Below are positions 1 through 12,179 of a DNA stretch of 64,000 nucleotides, piece by piece; position 1 is the first letter of the stretch; each line of letters opens with the position of its first letter. The notes beneath the pieces were generated by a model. That model was not told where the DNA came from, ran no database searches, and saw only the letters and a list, made by a program, of their open reading frames with translations. Both the position numbers and the translations under genes were made by a program. The DNA comes from Felis catus. Taxonomy: Eukaryota. The stretch covers positions 82,090,001 to 82,154,000 of the forward strand of contig NC_058368.1 in NCBI RefSeq assembly GCF_018350175.1, in the 5' to 3' direction.

Positions 1-305
1 CCTGTTTAACTTCAGCTTTGTAAATAAGATTCAGTTGTATACACCAAGCAAAAAATTTACAGAATGACTACTTTGCTAGCTGTTACCATGCACTAGGCAC
101 GTATCCTATAAATCCTATGTGCATGGATACTACGTATGTAAATTGCATGTATCCTCTCCTGCCTCTGCAGACCAGGTGGGGCAGCCATGCTTCCCCACCT
201 CCACCCAGAGAGGCCGGTCCTGGGGGTGAAGCCCTCTAGACCCCAGCCGCTTTCCTGCACACAGAGCTCACAGGTTTACACGGGGTGCGTCCCATGCTCT
301 TTCAG

Positions 306-411
306 GGGAAGAAGGAGTTCCAGGTGTCCCTGTTCCAGACACTGGTGCTTCTCATGTTCAACGAAGGGGACGGATTCAGCTTTGAAGAAATAAAAATGGC
401 CACAGGGATAG
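306..411 (+). CDS. CUL4A: Cullin-4A internal coding exon ([11 protein letters not shown]...KMATGI); gene starts upstream of the window
   Basis: ttcag acceptor (AG 304-305), gtaaga donor at 412; peptide matches the recalled cullin-4A C-terminal domain. Confidence 0.96.
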
Positions 412-570
412 GTAAGAGTCCTCACTCCGTGACTGTGTGGCCTCCGCGTGTCCTTGTTGTTAGAGATCAGCCCAGTCTCTGCCCGTCACACATGAGTGTG
501 GGGTGTCTTTCACCATTGTCACGTGTCCTCATTTCGGTGCTAGTCTGTGCCCAATTCTCTCCCCACCCAG

Positions 571-743
571 AGGACGGTGAGCTGCGAAGAACGTTGCAGT
601 CCCTGGCCTGCGGCAAAGCACGAGTTCTGGTTAAGAGTCCCAAAGGGAAGGAGGTGGAAGACGGGGACACATTCATGTTCAACGGGGAGTTCAAGCACAA
701 ACTGTTTCGAATAAAGATCAACCAGATCCAGATGAAGGAAACC
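571..743 (+). CDS. CUL4A: Cullin-4A exon ([20 protein letters not shown]...INQIQMKET)
   Basis: cccag acceptor, gtacgt donor at 744; phase fits the previous exon. Confidence 0.96.
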
Positions 744-1268
744 GTACGTATAAGCTTTCTTGTGTCACTCACTGGGTACTTACCAAGGACTCATTCGTTT
801 GTACGGTCAATTCCTAAGTCTTGTAAGAGCACTTTAACGTGGGAGGGGTGGTGAGGTGGTGGCTGTCACAGGCCCACTGGAGTGTTTGTAGCAGCGAAGA
901 CATTCTCAAGTGTCTCATGTCCAGGGCAGGTCCTGGACCACCACCCTCAGGCCCTTCCGAACAAGGGAGCCCTTGCAGCCTGAAGTGCTGCCACGCAGGG
1001 GAGGGGGGAGGCAGTGGGCCCTGACGTGTAAATGAGGAGAGGCCTTGTGAAGGCACCAACCCATTCAGACAAGACCAGGGCAGCGTCACAGCTTCTTCAC
1101 CCCCCTCAGTCGAGTGTGGTCGCTCCCTTACCTGGAAGTGTTCAGGTGGAGCCCGGTGGGAAAAGAAGTTCAGATTACACAAAAAGAAATGCAAAAGATC
1201 AGTAAGTATATGAAAGATGTTCATTCTCATCAGTAATTTTTTTTAATTCAAGTTAAAATAATACCCCA

Positions 1269-1624
1269 GGGCTGCCTGGGGGGCTCTGTCATCGAGCAGC
1301 AGACTCGTGATTTCATGGGTCCAAGCCCCACAGAGCCTCCTTGGGATTCCCTCTCTCTCACTCTCTGCCCTTTCCCCACTTGCGTGCGCTTTTTTTTTTT
1401 TTATTATTTTTATGTTTATTTTTGAGAGAGAGAGAGCATAAGCAGAGGCAGAGAGAAAGGGAGGCACAGAATCCGAAGCAGCTCCAGGCTCCAAGCTGTC
1501 AGCACAGAGCCCAACGCGGGGCTTGAACCCACAACCCGCGAGATCATGACCTGAGTCGAAGTCAGTGCTTAACTGACTGAGCCACCCAGCCGCCCCCGCT
1601 CTTTCAAATAAGTAAAAACTTTAA
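1269..1624 (+). mobile_element. Older CAN-SINE (+) interrupted by a nested antisense CAN-SINE (about 1390-1596)
   Basis: Outer target-site duplication TAAAATAATAC(C/T)CCA at 1254-1268 and 1625-1639; the inner element sits in the pyrimidine-rich linker. Confidence 0.8.
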
Positions 1625-1734
1625 TAAAATAATACTCCACTTTTCATCTGTCAGCATGGGAAATGTTTAAAAGTTTGATGATATCTAGAGTCGGCAAGTA
1701 TATGGGAAAACAGGCATTCTTTTTGTGCTTTTAC

Positions 1735-1911
1735 TTGATTTTTAATGTTATTTTTGAGAGAGAACAAGGAGGGGAGGGACAGAGAGGGGGGACAAAATCC
1801 CAAGCAGGCTCTGAGCTGTCCAGCACGGAGCCCAACACAGGACTCGAACTCATGAACTGTGAGATGACCTGAGCCGAAGTCGGCACTTAACCGACTGAGC
1901 CACCCAGGTGT
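1735..1911 (-). mobile_element. CAN-SINE
   Basis: Reverse complement of the tRNA-derived head (…ACTGAGCCACCCAGGTG) and a T-rich tail. Confidence 0.85.
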
Positions 1912-2514
1912 TCTTATTTCAAAGTGGGACTGTCACCTCTGTCCCCTGGAGATGACCTCTACTGCCACTTCGACGTGCAGGTTTTTCCTGTGGTGTAAAT
2001 GTCTAATCTTGTTTTTTCTGTAACGGGATCACTCTGCAGATGGCATTTATATGTGCCGTTGTGCAGTCTGGTCTTGTTACTGTAGGTCTGCTTCCATGTC
2101 AGGACTTGGTTTCTCACGGGTGTAGAGTAGTTGGTCCTGTGTCCCTCAGGAGCTCGGCAGCACCCTTGGGGAAAGGCATTCAGGTGGTTTCGATCTCTAC
2201 TGGAAATAAGATTACATTAAACATCCTGTGTACCTATTAGCTTGTTTCTTCAGTATAAAATCTTTGCCCTGGAATTACAGGGTCAAAGAATGTGGACTTT
2301 TGTTAGTCTGGCCACTCTTTTCCAAATGGAAGCCTGACAGATCTTCCCAGATTTCAGTGTCCAGTTTCACAAGAGGGCCAGCCCTCCCTCTGCCCGCCCT
2401 GTTCTTACAGGCACAGATAGTTCATTGCCATTTTAGATTGAATTTCTTTGAGCATCTTTATGCCATTGAGTAGCTTATGCACATCATGTCTTTCTGATCT
2501 TTAATTCTTCATGT

Positions 2515-2714
2515 TTTGTTTTTTAGTATTTATTTTTGAGAGAGAGAGAGAGCGTGGGGGAGGGGCAGAGAGAGAGGGAGACACAGAATCCGAAGCAGGC
2601 TCCAGGCTCCGAGCTGTTAGCACAGAGCCCAACGCGGGGCTTGAACTCTCGAACCCAAGATCATGAGCTGAGCCGAAGTCGGATGCTTAACTGGCTGAGC
2701 CACCCGGGTGCCCC
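2515..2714 (-). mobile_element. CAN-SINE
   Basis: Head GAGCCACCCGGGTGCCCC, (GA)n linker and T-rich tail. Confidence 0.9.
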
Positions 2715-3214
2715 TAACCCAATGTTTTTTTTAAAATTACTTGTACTTTTCTATTCATTTTTACATTTAAGTTTTTCTTTGAGCAACGTAGAAATTAATA
2801 TCAAAAAGCAGTCTAATTACTCTTCCTATTCTAAAACTGAATTGAAAATACCGTTCTCTGACAACTTATTTGAATTGTCACCTTTGTTATATATTAAATT
2901 CACATATTACGAGTCAGTTTTTAAATTCTCTTCTACAAATTCTATTGATCTCTTTCATATCCAGGACCCAAATTCTTTTAGTTAATGTACCCATTCCTAT
3001 AAATTTATTCTCCCAGTAAGTTTGAGAATAATTTTATTGTGTCTTTGCCCTCCAAATAAGAACATTAACATTTTTTATTCAAAGTGCATTACATAGTTTT
3101 CAGTTTTCATTTTGGCTATACTAAATCTGATTCTTATCTGTGTATATATATAAATATAAGTCTCTTCTCTTCATGGGAGTTTTCTACTAAAAGTCTTGGC
3201 ATATTTCTTATTAG

Positions 3215-3570
3215 ATGATTCAACAAATACTCATTAAGCACCTACTAAGGCATAGGTCCTCTGAAGCACTGAGAATTCATCCGTGAATAATAACTTATTC
3301 TTATAAATCTTGGTTTCAAGGAACTTTCAGCAGACAGGTACCAGATGATTACACATTGTTTAACTTACTACACTTGAGGTAGGAGACAAAAGCACAGTCC
3401 AACACCATGGGTCAGGGAAGGCTTTCCCACCGAAGGCCACGCTGAGCCAGGTGAGGCCTGAGGAGGCAGGCCACAGACAGGTTATATACAGACTGGTCAG
3501 AGCTATGAAGAATTTGGGGAAGCCACTGAAGGTTTTAAGCGAGAAGGGCGAATAAAATGCTGGCACCTAT
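3215..3570. mobile_element. Degenerate L2 LINE 3' fragment
   Basis: ATTCAACAAATACTCATTAAGCACCTACT resembles the recalled L2 terminus; boundaries approximate. Confidence 0.5.
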
Positions 3571-4529
3571 TAAGGGGATCTTTTCTGTTTACATGTGTAA
3601 CCAGTTATTGCCAGTATGTATATATATCAACACCATTTACCTTTGTGTACTCTTCCTGTGTCCAGCCACTTCACGAAATTCTCGTTGGCTTTGATGGTTT
3701 TTCAGTTGATTTTCTCGGATTTTTGGATTCGTAGCTTATCTACAAATAATTACCACGTGTCTGCTCCAATTTGCTATAGTTCTTTTGTTCTCTTACTGTG
3801 CAGCTAGAACTTTCAAAATCACATTTGTATGAAATAATGGTGCTACCAGGCTTTTTCTTCACTTCCTGATTTTTTTTATCTCAAGTGGCTGGAACATTAA
3901 CCTATTTGGGGTGGTGGATCCCTTTGGAAGTGCGATGGAAGCGTGGCTTCTCCCTTTCTGAAACTCACTTACCTTACATGCAGGCACAGACCTGTCTCCT
4001 GTAGATCAAACAGGCCTCCAGTAGGTTGCTGTTAACTAATATGAAGTTGTTATCAGGAGCTGTGCTTTGCTTCTGGTAACAGCTTTTTATCATGTTCGGG
4101 TGGGGTTTTTTTCATTGCTATTTGTACGTTAATTTGTTTTAGGTCAAGGATAGGTTTTCAGTTTTTTTGTGCCTTTGCGGCGTCTGTCAAGAGATCACAT
4201 AATCGCTGTGACCTCAACACAACTGTGATGAAATTCATTCCATTCCTAGGTTTCCTGATGCTGAGCAAAGCTTGCATTTCTGGAATAAACTCTGGTAGCT
4301 ATTGTGTTTTATTCTGCTTTCTCTTCTGTGCTACTGGATCTAATCCAGGATTATATACAGTTGATAGTGTTTTGTAGCTTTTTTATGAGGGGAATGTAAC
4401 TTTACATTCTTTTTCAAGCTTTGGTACTGAAGTTGGGCTATTCTAGGTTTTGCTAGAACAAATAAAAATGCATAACAGAATAGGATTTACCCAATGTTTG
4501 GCCTTTCTTTGCATCAAATTTTCTTATCA

Positions 4530-4728
4530 GGGGTGCCTGGGTGGCTCAGTTGGTTGAGCATCCAGCTTGATTTCGGCTCAGGTCATGATCTCACAGTCGG
4601 TCCTGAGATCAAGCCCTGCATCAGGTTCCGTGCTGAGTGTGGAACCTGCTTCAGGTTCTCTCCCTCCCCTGCCTGTGCTCGAGTGTTCTGTCTCTCTCCC
4701 TCTGTCTCTCTCTCAAATAAGAAAAAAG
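4530..4728 (+). mobile_element. CAN-SINE
   Basis: GGGGTGCCTGGGTGGCTCAGTTGG head, (CT)n linker and A-rich tail. Confidence 0.9.
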
Positions 4729-4758
4729 TTTCCCATTAAACTCAACAATATGAAATAA

Positions 4759-4971
<213 letters not shown>

Positions 4972-6496
4972 TAGCTTAATTAAATTTAAAGTACTGCGCC
5001 GAACATTGAAAAAGCATGTTCAGTTCCTAACACATTAGAATCATTTGTCCTGCATTACAGGTGATCATTTACTGCAGAAATCTGCCTGTGTGTGCACACC
5101 AAATGTCAAAAAACTGGCAAGTAGGGACAGTAGGGTTTTTATCCCAAATGTTCTTTGTAACCGTCCCAGGAACTAGAGGCCCCAAATCTGCCACCGACAG
5201 AGACGTTGACACCTTGTTAGGAGGGGGAGGGGGCTGGGGCAGGTGCTGTAGCTCCAGGCGGGTTTCTCAGTGGGGTGGCTATTCAGGTCATGCCCTGTGA
5301 TTGCAGGGAAGTCCTACTAGCTGCTCATTTATTCAGCACTGACAAGCTCCAGAGCATTTTCTGTTTTGGTGATACCTCCTCATTTCTGTGCATGAGAAAG
5401 TCAACCCTGAATCCTGTCTGTGCCTGCGTGTTTCTAGGCCGGAGGGTTTCTGCCCTGGCTGTACTTGGAGCACTGACCAGGTAGGGAAGTGTTAGGAAGA
5501 GCTCTTGAAAACAGGCGTGTCCACCTGGGAAGTATGGGACTCGTGAGGCCTGGCCCTGCAGAGACTGAGCCTGTGGGGTGAAGCTCCCTGGTTCTGCGGG
5601 GTCCCGTTGGGCAGAGGAGCAGCCGGCCCTCCATCCTCACTGAGGGAGTCAGGGTGAGCAGACACCGTGTTCCCCTGGGCGAGCACGCGGCTGCCATGTC
5701 CTCTGCCACGCAGGTGTGGGCGCCCAGCCCTGCCGTGTACACCCTTCTTTCCCCCTCGGGCCAGAGCCAGCGCCCACTTTCCCTCTTACAGACGAGAGGC
5801 CCAGCAGTTACAGCACTGACCGGTGGGAGGCATATGCGGTGGCTGTAGCAGCCGGCTCTGCCCTGGCAGGACCTCGCGTGGGTCTCACTGCATTTCATGA
5901 ATGCTCCATCCGTCACTTGATAGAAAGCTAGGCCTTTTGATGGAATGTGCCCTTGAAGGGAGAAGCTTGCTCATAAATGTCAACATAAGTGTGCTTTCTA
6001 CCATGGCGGAGCCAGAGACGTCCTCGCGGGGCTCGCTTGTTATGGCGTCAGTCATCTGTGGACCTGTGGTTACACGACATCAGCAGCACATGCAGGAAAT
6101 ACAGGACTTGGGGACAGATGTCCTTGCAAAGGATGAAGCTGCCCTGAGACATTACCAGATTCCCCTTTCAGACCAATGAAAATGTGCCACCCAGTAGGAT
6201 GTGCCCTGTTTATGCGTTCGTTCATGCTGGTAAAGAAGGGTTTTCATCTCCTCCCTCTCAGCCTGCACAGACAGTAAATTCACACGAGAGCGCTTGAATC
6301 AAGAGGCCATGTTAGCATTGTCTCTGAAGGAGGGACTTGGATTGTCTTCGTTTTATAATTTGGTTATAATTATAAATAGTTTACCTGTAGATACGTATAT
6401 TTTATATAATTATAATTACTTGCTTCACGCATATGTTTCCCCATGTTTGTAAATTTATCGCCACTATAATTGAGGGGTTTCGTTTCTCTTTTTTAG

Positions 6497-6592
6497 CCTG
6501 GAGATTTGAAAAAGAGAATTGAATCTCTTATAGACAGAGACTATATGGAGAGAGACAAAGACAATCCGAATCAGTACCACTACGTGGCCTGA
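6497..6592 (+). CDS. CUL4A: Cullin-4A last coding exon ([31 protein letters not shown])
   Basis: Polypyrimidine tract plus tag acceptor; TGA at 6590-6592; the YHYVA ending and the adjacent LAMP1 point to CUL4A rather than CUL4B. Confidence 0.97.
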   Translation, partial: PGDLKKRIESLIDRDYMERDKDNPNQYHYVA

Positions 6593-8037
6593 TGTGTCGG
6601 CCAGCCGTGTTCTCTCAGCGAGACCCTAGAATGTATCTTCAGAGCGGTGAAGCATTTCTGTGCCGTTCCCAGGACTTCTGAGATTGAGCCAGCGTGGAGA
6701 CTTTTGGATTAGAAGGAAAGGATGATTCTCAGATCACCCTTCACAAAGCTTAGGGGTTTGCCAGCGGCACGTGTGTCTTTCCTCCAGTTCTTCCTCTTAC
6801 TCTTTTCGGTGTTTAAACTGTCGCAGCTGCTCGGGCAGAATGACTTTGAGATTGGACGAGAAGATATTGGGTAAAAGAGGTTCCTTTGTAAGGTGTTGCT
6901 TTTGTAGCAGAAAGCTGACAGCTTGGTGTGGGGTGTGTGTGTGCGTGTGATCACAGATGCACAGTTAGACCCTCCGTGCTGTGTCCGTGGGCTGCAGAGT
7001 GGGCTGATGTGCTCCTGAAGGCGGGGGCTCCTGGTGGATGGGCATGTAGGTTGGAAACCAGAGCCCTTCGTTGGCGAGCATTAGGAAGAAACAGTGTCAA
7101 GAACTGACTCCTCAGTTCTGCAACGTCGATACCGACATCTGTCCGTTTCCTTTATCTTCCATGTTTTTACACTATGATGACGGACTTCCCAGAGCGAGGT
7201 TTCTCGGCGAGACCCCTCCTTGCGGAGACAGCACTGGGGGCATGCTCACTGCGGTGAACTCACGAGCGTCTGAGTTGCTTGTGAATTTTCTGTTTAGGGG
7301 TCCAGGGAGCAGTGTGATTGCACCCACTCTTCTAAGATTGTGTCTCGCAGCCCCTGCTCTTCGCACCGAGGTGACCACTGTCTGGTTTCCTGACTGTAGT
7401 ATTTGTACGATGGCGTACAGTCGCTCTAACAGAGTTTGGTTTGCTTTACAGCCTTACGCAGGGAAGCTTGTTGTCCACGCTGTGACCACTGTAAGGTGTG
7501 GCGGGAGACACTCGAGTCCTGATGTTGGGAAGGTGGTTTTGTCAAAAGATTAAAGGATTTTGTTGGCACCTGGTTTCATGTTGTGTGTGTACAGGTGAGG
7601 TTGTGTGGGGGCCGACGATGTCAGTACCGTGAACTGTAACAAAGATCCTTTTCTGGTAACATTTCAGAGTACTTTATATTTTACATAATAGCATGTTTCA
7701 CTTTGATTAAAAGCTACCAAAGGAATTTTGATCATGGTATAAGTGTTTAAAGCAATATTTTCTGGGATATACCAAGTTTATATAATTTGATTTTGTGCTA
7801 AATTGTTAAAAACTTCTCCCTTTTTGAAACATGCGTGTTTAAAATATGACATCTTATGGGTTTCCATGTGAAAATCTCGCCCTTCAAGTATCCTCATTAT
7901 TTCTATATTTGTAAATTTTCATTTGTGAGTTCTATGATTTGTGGTCTATAAAGACCAAATAGATTTCTACTTCTTAAATTTTATGTTCATTATTTCTAGA
8001 GATTGTTAATATTGTAATTTAATGTAGACTTACTCTG

Positions 8038-8078
8038 AATAAAATTAGTTTAATTGGCCTTAAAATTACATTAATAAA
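8038..8078 (+). terminator. CUL4A: CUL4A tandem polyadenylation signals (AATAAA at 8038-8043 and 8073-8078); 3'UTR about 1.5 kb
   Basis: Two canonical hexamers at the end of an AT-rich UTR segment. Confidence 0.75.
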
Positions 8079-8725
8079 ACTTGTGCTGTGTGAACTACAC
8101 ATTCCTCCTAACTCTTTAGCGACTTAAACTTTGTGACCAGTACAGCGAACAGAGGAACCCAGCAGCAGGCCAGGCACGGTCACAGTCATCTTCCGGGAGA
8201 TGGGCCATCGCGCCGTCCTCCACTGCAGACTGCACCCGGTGGGGCCAGCAGGCCGAGCAGACCGAGCAGATCATGCTCTCACAAATCAGGTGGCGTCTGT
8301 GTTGTTGCAGTGAGAGGCCAGCGTGGCAGAGCAAATGGGACAGGGGAGACGAGGGCAGGGAAAGACACTTAGACGAGAGAGAAGCCGTGAAATGGGAAAG
8401 GAGGTGAGAGGATTTATGGATAAATGATTGCGTGCCCAGGAAATCTAAGAGAAACAACTAAAAAGCTGTGACCACAAAAAGAACAAAGCTTTTAACAGAA
8501 CACAAAATTAGCAGGAAAGTCATGATATAACAGAAGGTCACGTTTTCAGCAACAACAAAAAGGGACAACATGCCTCATAGCAAACAGAATATCCACATGA
8601 AAAGCATTTTCACGTAACTGAGGAGCACAGAGAAAACCTGAGTGAGGAAGAGGAGTGGCTGTTCTCACATTTATCTGTGCAGCATCTGAACGTGCCACAC
8701 TCCCCTCTACTTCAGAACACAAACA

Positions 8726-8932
8726 GGGGCGCCTGGGGGGCTCAGTCGGTTGAGCATCTCCAACTTCGGTTCGGGTCATGATCTCGCGGTCCGTGAGTTC
8801 GAGCCCCACATCGGGCTCTGTGCCGACAGTTCGGGGCCTGGAGCCTGCTTCTGATTCTGTGTCTCCATCTCTCTCTGCCCCTCCCCCACTCATGCTCTGT
8901 CTCTGTCTCAGAAATAAATAAACATTTAAAAA
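8726..8932 (+). mobile_element. CAN-SINE with target-site duplication
   Basis: Full-length; AACACAAACA at 8716-8725 and 8933-8942. Confidence 0.92.
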
Positions 8933-8966
8933 AACACAAACAGGGTGATTCTAAAGCTAAAATTGA

Positions 8967-9160
8967 GGGGCATCTGGGTGGTTCAGTGGGTTAAGCGTTG
9001 GACTTCGGCTCGGGTCATGATCTCACAGTTTGTGGGTTCGAGGCCCGCGTTGGGCTCTGTGCTAACAGCCCGGAGCCTGGAGCCTGTTTGGATTCTCTCT
9101 CTCTCTGCCCCTCCCCAGCTCTTGCTCTGTCTCTCTCTCAAAATAAATAAACATTAAAAA
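8967..9160 (+). mobile_element. CAN-SINE
   Basis: Head GGGGCATCTGGGTGGTTCAG and AATAAATAAACATT tail. Confidence 0.9.
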
Positions 9161-9171
9161 ATGGTTTTTTT

Positions 9172-9377
9172 GGGGCGCCTGGGTGGCGCAGTCGGTTAAG
9201 CGTCCGACTTCAGCCAGGTCACGATCTCGCGGTCCGGGAGTTCGAGCCCCGCGTCAGGCTCTGGGCTGATGGCTCGGAGCCTGGAGCCTGTTTCCGATTC
9301 TGTGTCTCCCTCTCTCTCTGCCCCTCCCCCGTTCATGCTCTGTCTCTCTCTGTCCCAAAAATAAAAAAAAAAAAAAA
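9172..9377 (+). mobile_element. Young felid SINE (SINEC_Fc-like)
   Basis: Variants GGTGGCGCAG, CAGCCAGGTCACG, TGGGCTGATGG, TGTTTCCG and TGTCCCAAAA; CpGs intact; nearly pure A tail. Confidence 0.9.
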
Positions 9378-10324
9378 TGTTTTTTTTGTTTTTTTTTTTT
9401 TTAGTGTTTCTTTTCGAGAGAGAGTTTATGTGGGGGGAGGGTGGACGTGCTCTGGGTGAGCTTCACCACGATGTGGCAGCAGAGATGTGTGTGGGCAGCA
9501 CATGCCCACTGCCATTTCCAGAAAGGAGAAAAGCCACAGCTGGAGGCAGGGTGGTCTCCGAGGGATCATTTTGAGAAAGCCGGTTCAGCAGCTTTGCAGG
9601 TGTCTGGGCATCATCCTGGGGAGGCCGGCCCCCTGAGCCAGGCGGGGGTGCCCCCAGGGTGGGCAGGAGAGGGCACAAGCCTGGGGTCGGCTCCAGAAGG
9701 GTGAAAAGTGTGAGTGTCTGGAGGCGGCTGGGCAAAGAGGGAGATGGGAGAGCCAGGACAGGGACCTGGAGAGAAGGTCCACCCCCTTGGCGTGTGCTCC
9801 AGAGAAGCTGGGATGCAAGGAGCAGGGCAGCTGGCCTGCAGGTGGCAGGGAATGGGAGGGGGGCCCATGGTGAGGGGACCCAGGTGACAAGACGTCCAGC
9901 GGGTGCAGGGCTGCAGGAAAGCAGGGCCTGGGGCAGCGTTGAGGACAGTGGAGGTGCAGGAAGAGCCTCCAGGACAGGGAGGCCAAGTCCAGGTGCCTCC
10001 CAGCATCACCTGCAAGGGAGAGGAGCGAAGGGAGGAACCAAGAGGCCTAACAGGGGAAGAGCAGTGACCGGTGCTAGGGTCCAGGGGGCTTGGCTTGCCG
10101 GGAGGTGAGCAGAAGGGGGCGGTCCAGGCGTCCCGGAGGTGGCCCCAGAGCCTCAGTTATGATGTGGGGTGACAGTCGCAGCGAACTAACGAGCACATTT
10201 CTGACTTTGAGACACCTATACTGTCGACCCGACAGAGTCCACTGCCTGGTGATTATGCTGCTCACTGCATTGGCCTTGACAGAATTCCCAAGTGGCTTGT
10301 GTGTCAGTGGGGGTGTGAGTGGGT

Positions 10325-10750
10325 CAGCGTGAGGGGGAGTGAGTGTGCAGGAGCGGGAGAGCAAGTGTGAACTCAAGTGGGTGTGTGAGAGTGAGCTTGA
10401 GCAAGTTGCAGGGAAGCAAGCGTGAACTCAAGCGAGTGTGCGGGAGAGCAAGTGTGAACTCAAGCGGGTGTGCAAGAGGGTGAGCTCCAGTGAGTGTGCA
10501 GGAGAGCAAGTGTGAGTTCAAGTGGGTTGTGAGAGAGCAAGTGTGAGTTCAAGTGAGTGTGCAGGAGAGCAAGCATGAGCTCAAGCGGGCATGCAGGTGT
10601 GCAGGGGAGCAGGTGCGCATGGGAGCAAGTGTGAGCTTGAGTGAGTGTACAGGGGAGCAAGTGTGAGTTCAAGCGAGTGTGCAGGGTAGTGGGTATACAG
10701 GAGAACAAGCGTGTGGGAATTCAAGTGGGCATGCGGGGGAGCAAGTGTGC
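10325..10750. repeat. Degenerate minisatellite with a unit of about 32 bp (GAGCAAGTGTGAGTTCAAGTGAGTGTGCAGGA)
   Basis: GAGCAAGTGTGA…TCAAG core recurs about a dozen times. Confidence 0.85.
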
Positions 10751-10965
10751 CAAGGAACCAAGGAGGAAAGTTTGAGGAAAGAAATGGCCAGTCTTTGTGT
10801 TAGTAACCAGGGGCCATTGCAGGTGGTGCAAGGCGGTGGCGGTGGCGGGGGGGGGGGGGGGGATGAAGGCAGGGGCAAGGCAGGGGCGAGGCAAGGTTTC
10901 ATCTGGATGAGGAAACGAGCAGAGGAAAGGGCTCAAGAGGGGAGAGAGGGGTCAAGCCTAGGGGC

Positions 10966-11130
10966 ACATGCATGTGTGTGTATGTGTATTTGTATGTGTG
11001 CATGTTTGTATATGTATATATGTATACACGTTTGTATATATGTATGTGTTTGTATATTTGTGTGTGTACGTGTGTGTTTGTGTGTATACACACGTGTGTT
11101 TATGTATGTGTATTTGTGTGTGCATGGGTG
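10966..11130. repeat. (TG/TA)n alternating purine-pyrimidine low-complexity tract
   Basis: Directly visible. Confidence 0.9.
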
Positions 11131-11379
11131 TGTTCTTGCTAGAACAGGCCATAATGTAAAAGTAGGTACAGGTGGGGATAAAGGCAAAGCAACAGGCTGC
11201 AAAGCTGGGGAGACTTTTAAGGGTTTCTGCTACCAGTGATGCAGGAATCAAGGTCAGTTCCTTAGAAAGCAGAGATGTTGCATTTGACAGTGGACATGGT
11301 GTGCTGGGTCTCCTTCTCAGTGATGGAATGTTCTCAAGGCACCAGAGTCAATGGAGAGATATAGTTAAAGGCTGCAGGG

Positions 11380-11599
11380 TTTTTTTAATTTTTTTTTTTT
11401 ACATTCATTTATTTTTGAGAGACAGAGACAGAGTGTGAGCAGGGGAGGGGCAGAGAGAGAGGGAGACACAGAGTCTGAAGCAGGCTCCAGACTCTGAGCT
11501 GTCAGCGCAGGGCCTGACACGGGGTTTGAACCCACGCACTGTGAGATCATGACCTGAGCTGAAGTCAGACACGTAACCGACTGAGCCACCCAGGTGCCC
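11380..11599 (-). mobile_element. CAN-SINE with target-site duplication
   Basis: Full-length antisense copy with GGCTGCAG on both flanks. Confidence 0.92.
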
Positions 11600-12179
11600 T
11601 GGCTGCAGTTCTGAAGTCAGATGCGCCAGGAGCTAAAGCCTGGCCCTGTCACGATCTGGGTGCCCCTACGAAAATTACTTAAATTCTCTAAACTTGGTTT
11701 TCTTATATTTTATAAGGAGTTAAGGTGCTTATTATTAGCTCATGGGGTTGTTGTGAGTTGAAGCATACAAACGTATTCCTAACTTGTACCCCTCCCACAA
11801 AAGGGCACGTCGGTGCACATCACAGATTTGCAGTGCAGTTCTCGGTTAGGAGAGACCTCCAGCATAAATCTGAAATCTGCCCACAGGAGGGCAGGAAAGT
11901 AAGGGGAGGGAATAAAGAGCAGAAATAAGAAAGACGAGACAGACACCCCCAGATAGAGAATTAAGACCAAGGTCCACATCATCCACTAGACACACACTTT
12001 AAATAGAAAAACATGAAAACCAATCAGGAAAGCACTCCTCAGTGGTCACACGAACACCAAGTAGACCTTGGGACAAGGAGTATTCCCAGAGAGGAAGAGG
12101 CTGTTTCATAGAGAAAGGAGGCACGCATCAGATTTAACCCTGAATGTACCGGGCTCTTGTGACGGCATCAGAACGCATG

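Noticed and set aside
8726..9377. tRNA genes suggested by A-box and B-box-like motifs (GGTTCGAG, AGTTCGAG)
   Set aside because: These are the tRNA-derived heads of CAN-SINEs, with (CT)n linkers, A tails and target-site duplications
10679..11251. Cys/Val/Tyr-rich and His/Thr-rich ORFs
   Set aside because: Translations of (TG/TA)n low-complexity sequence
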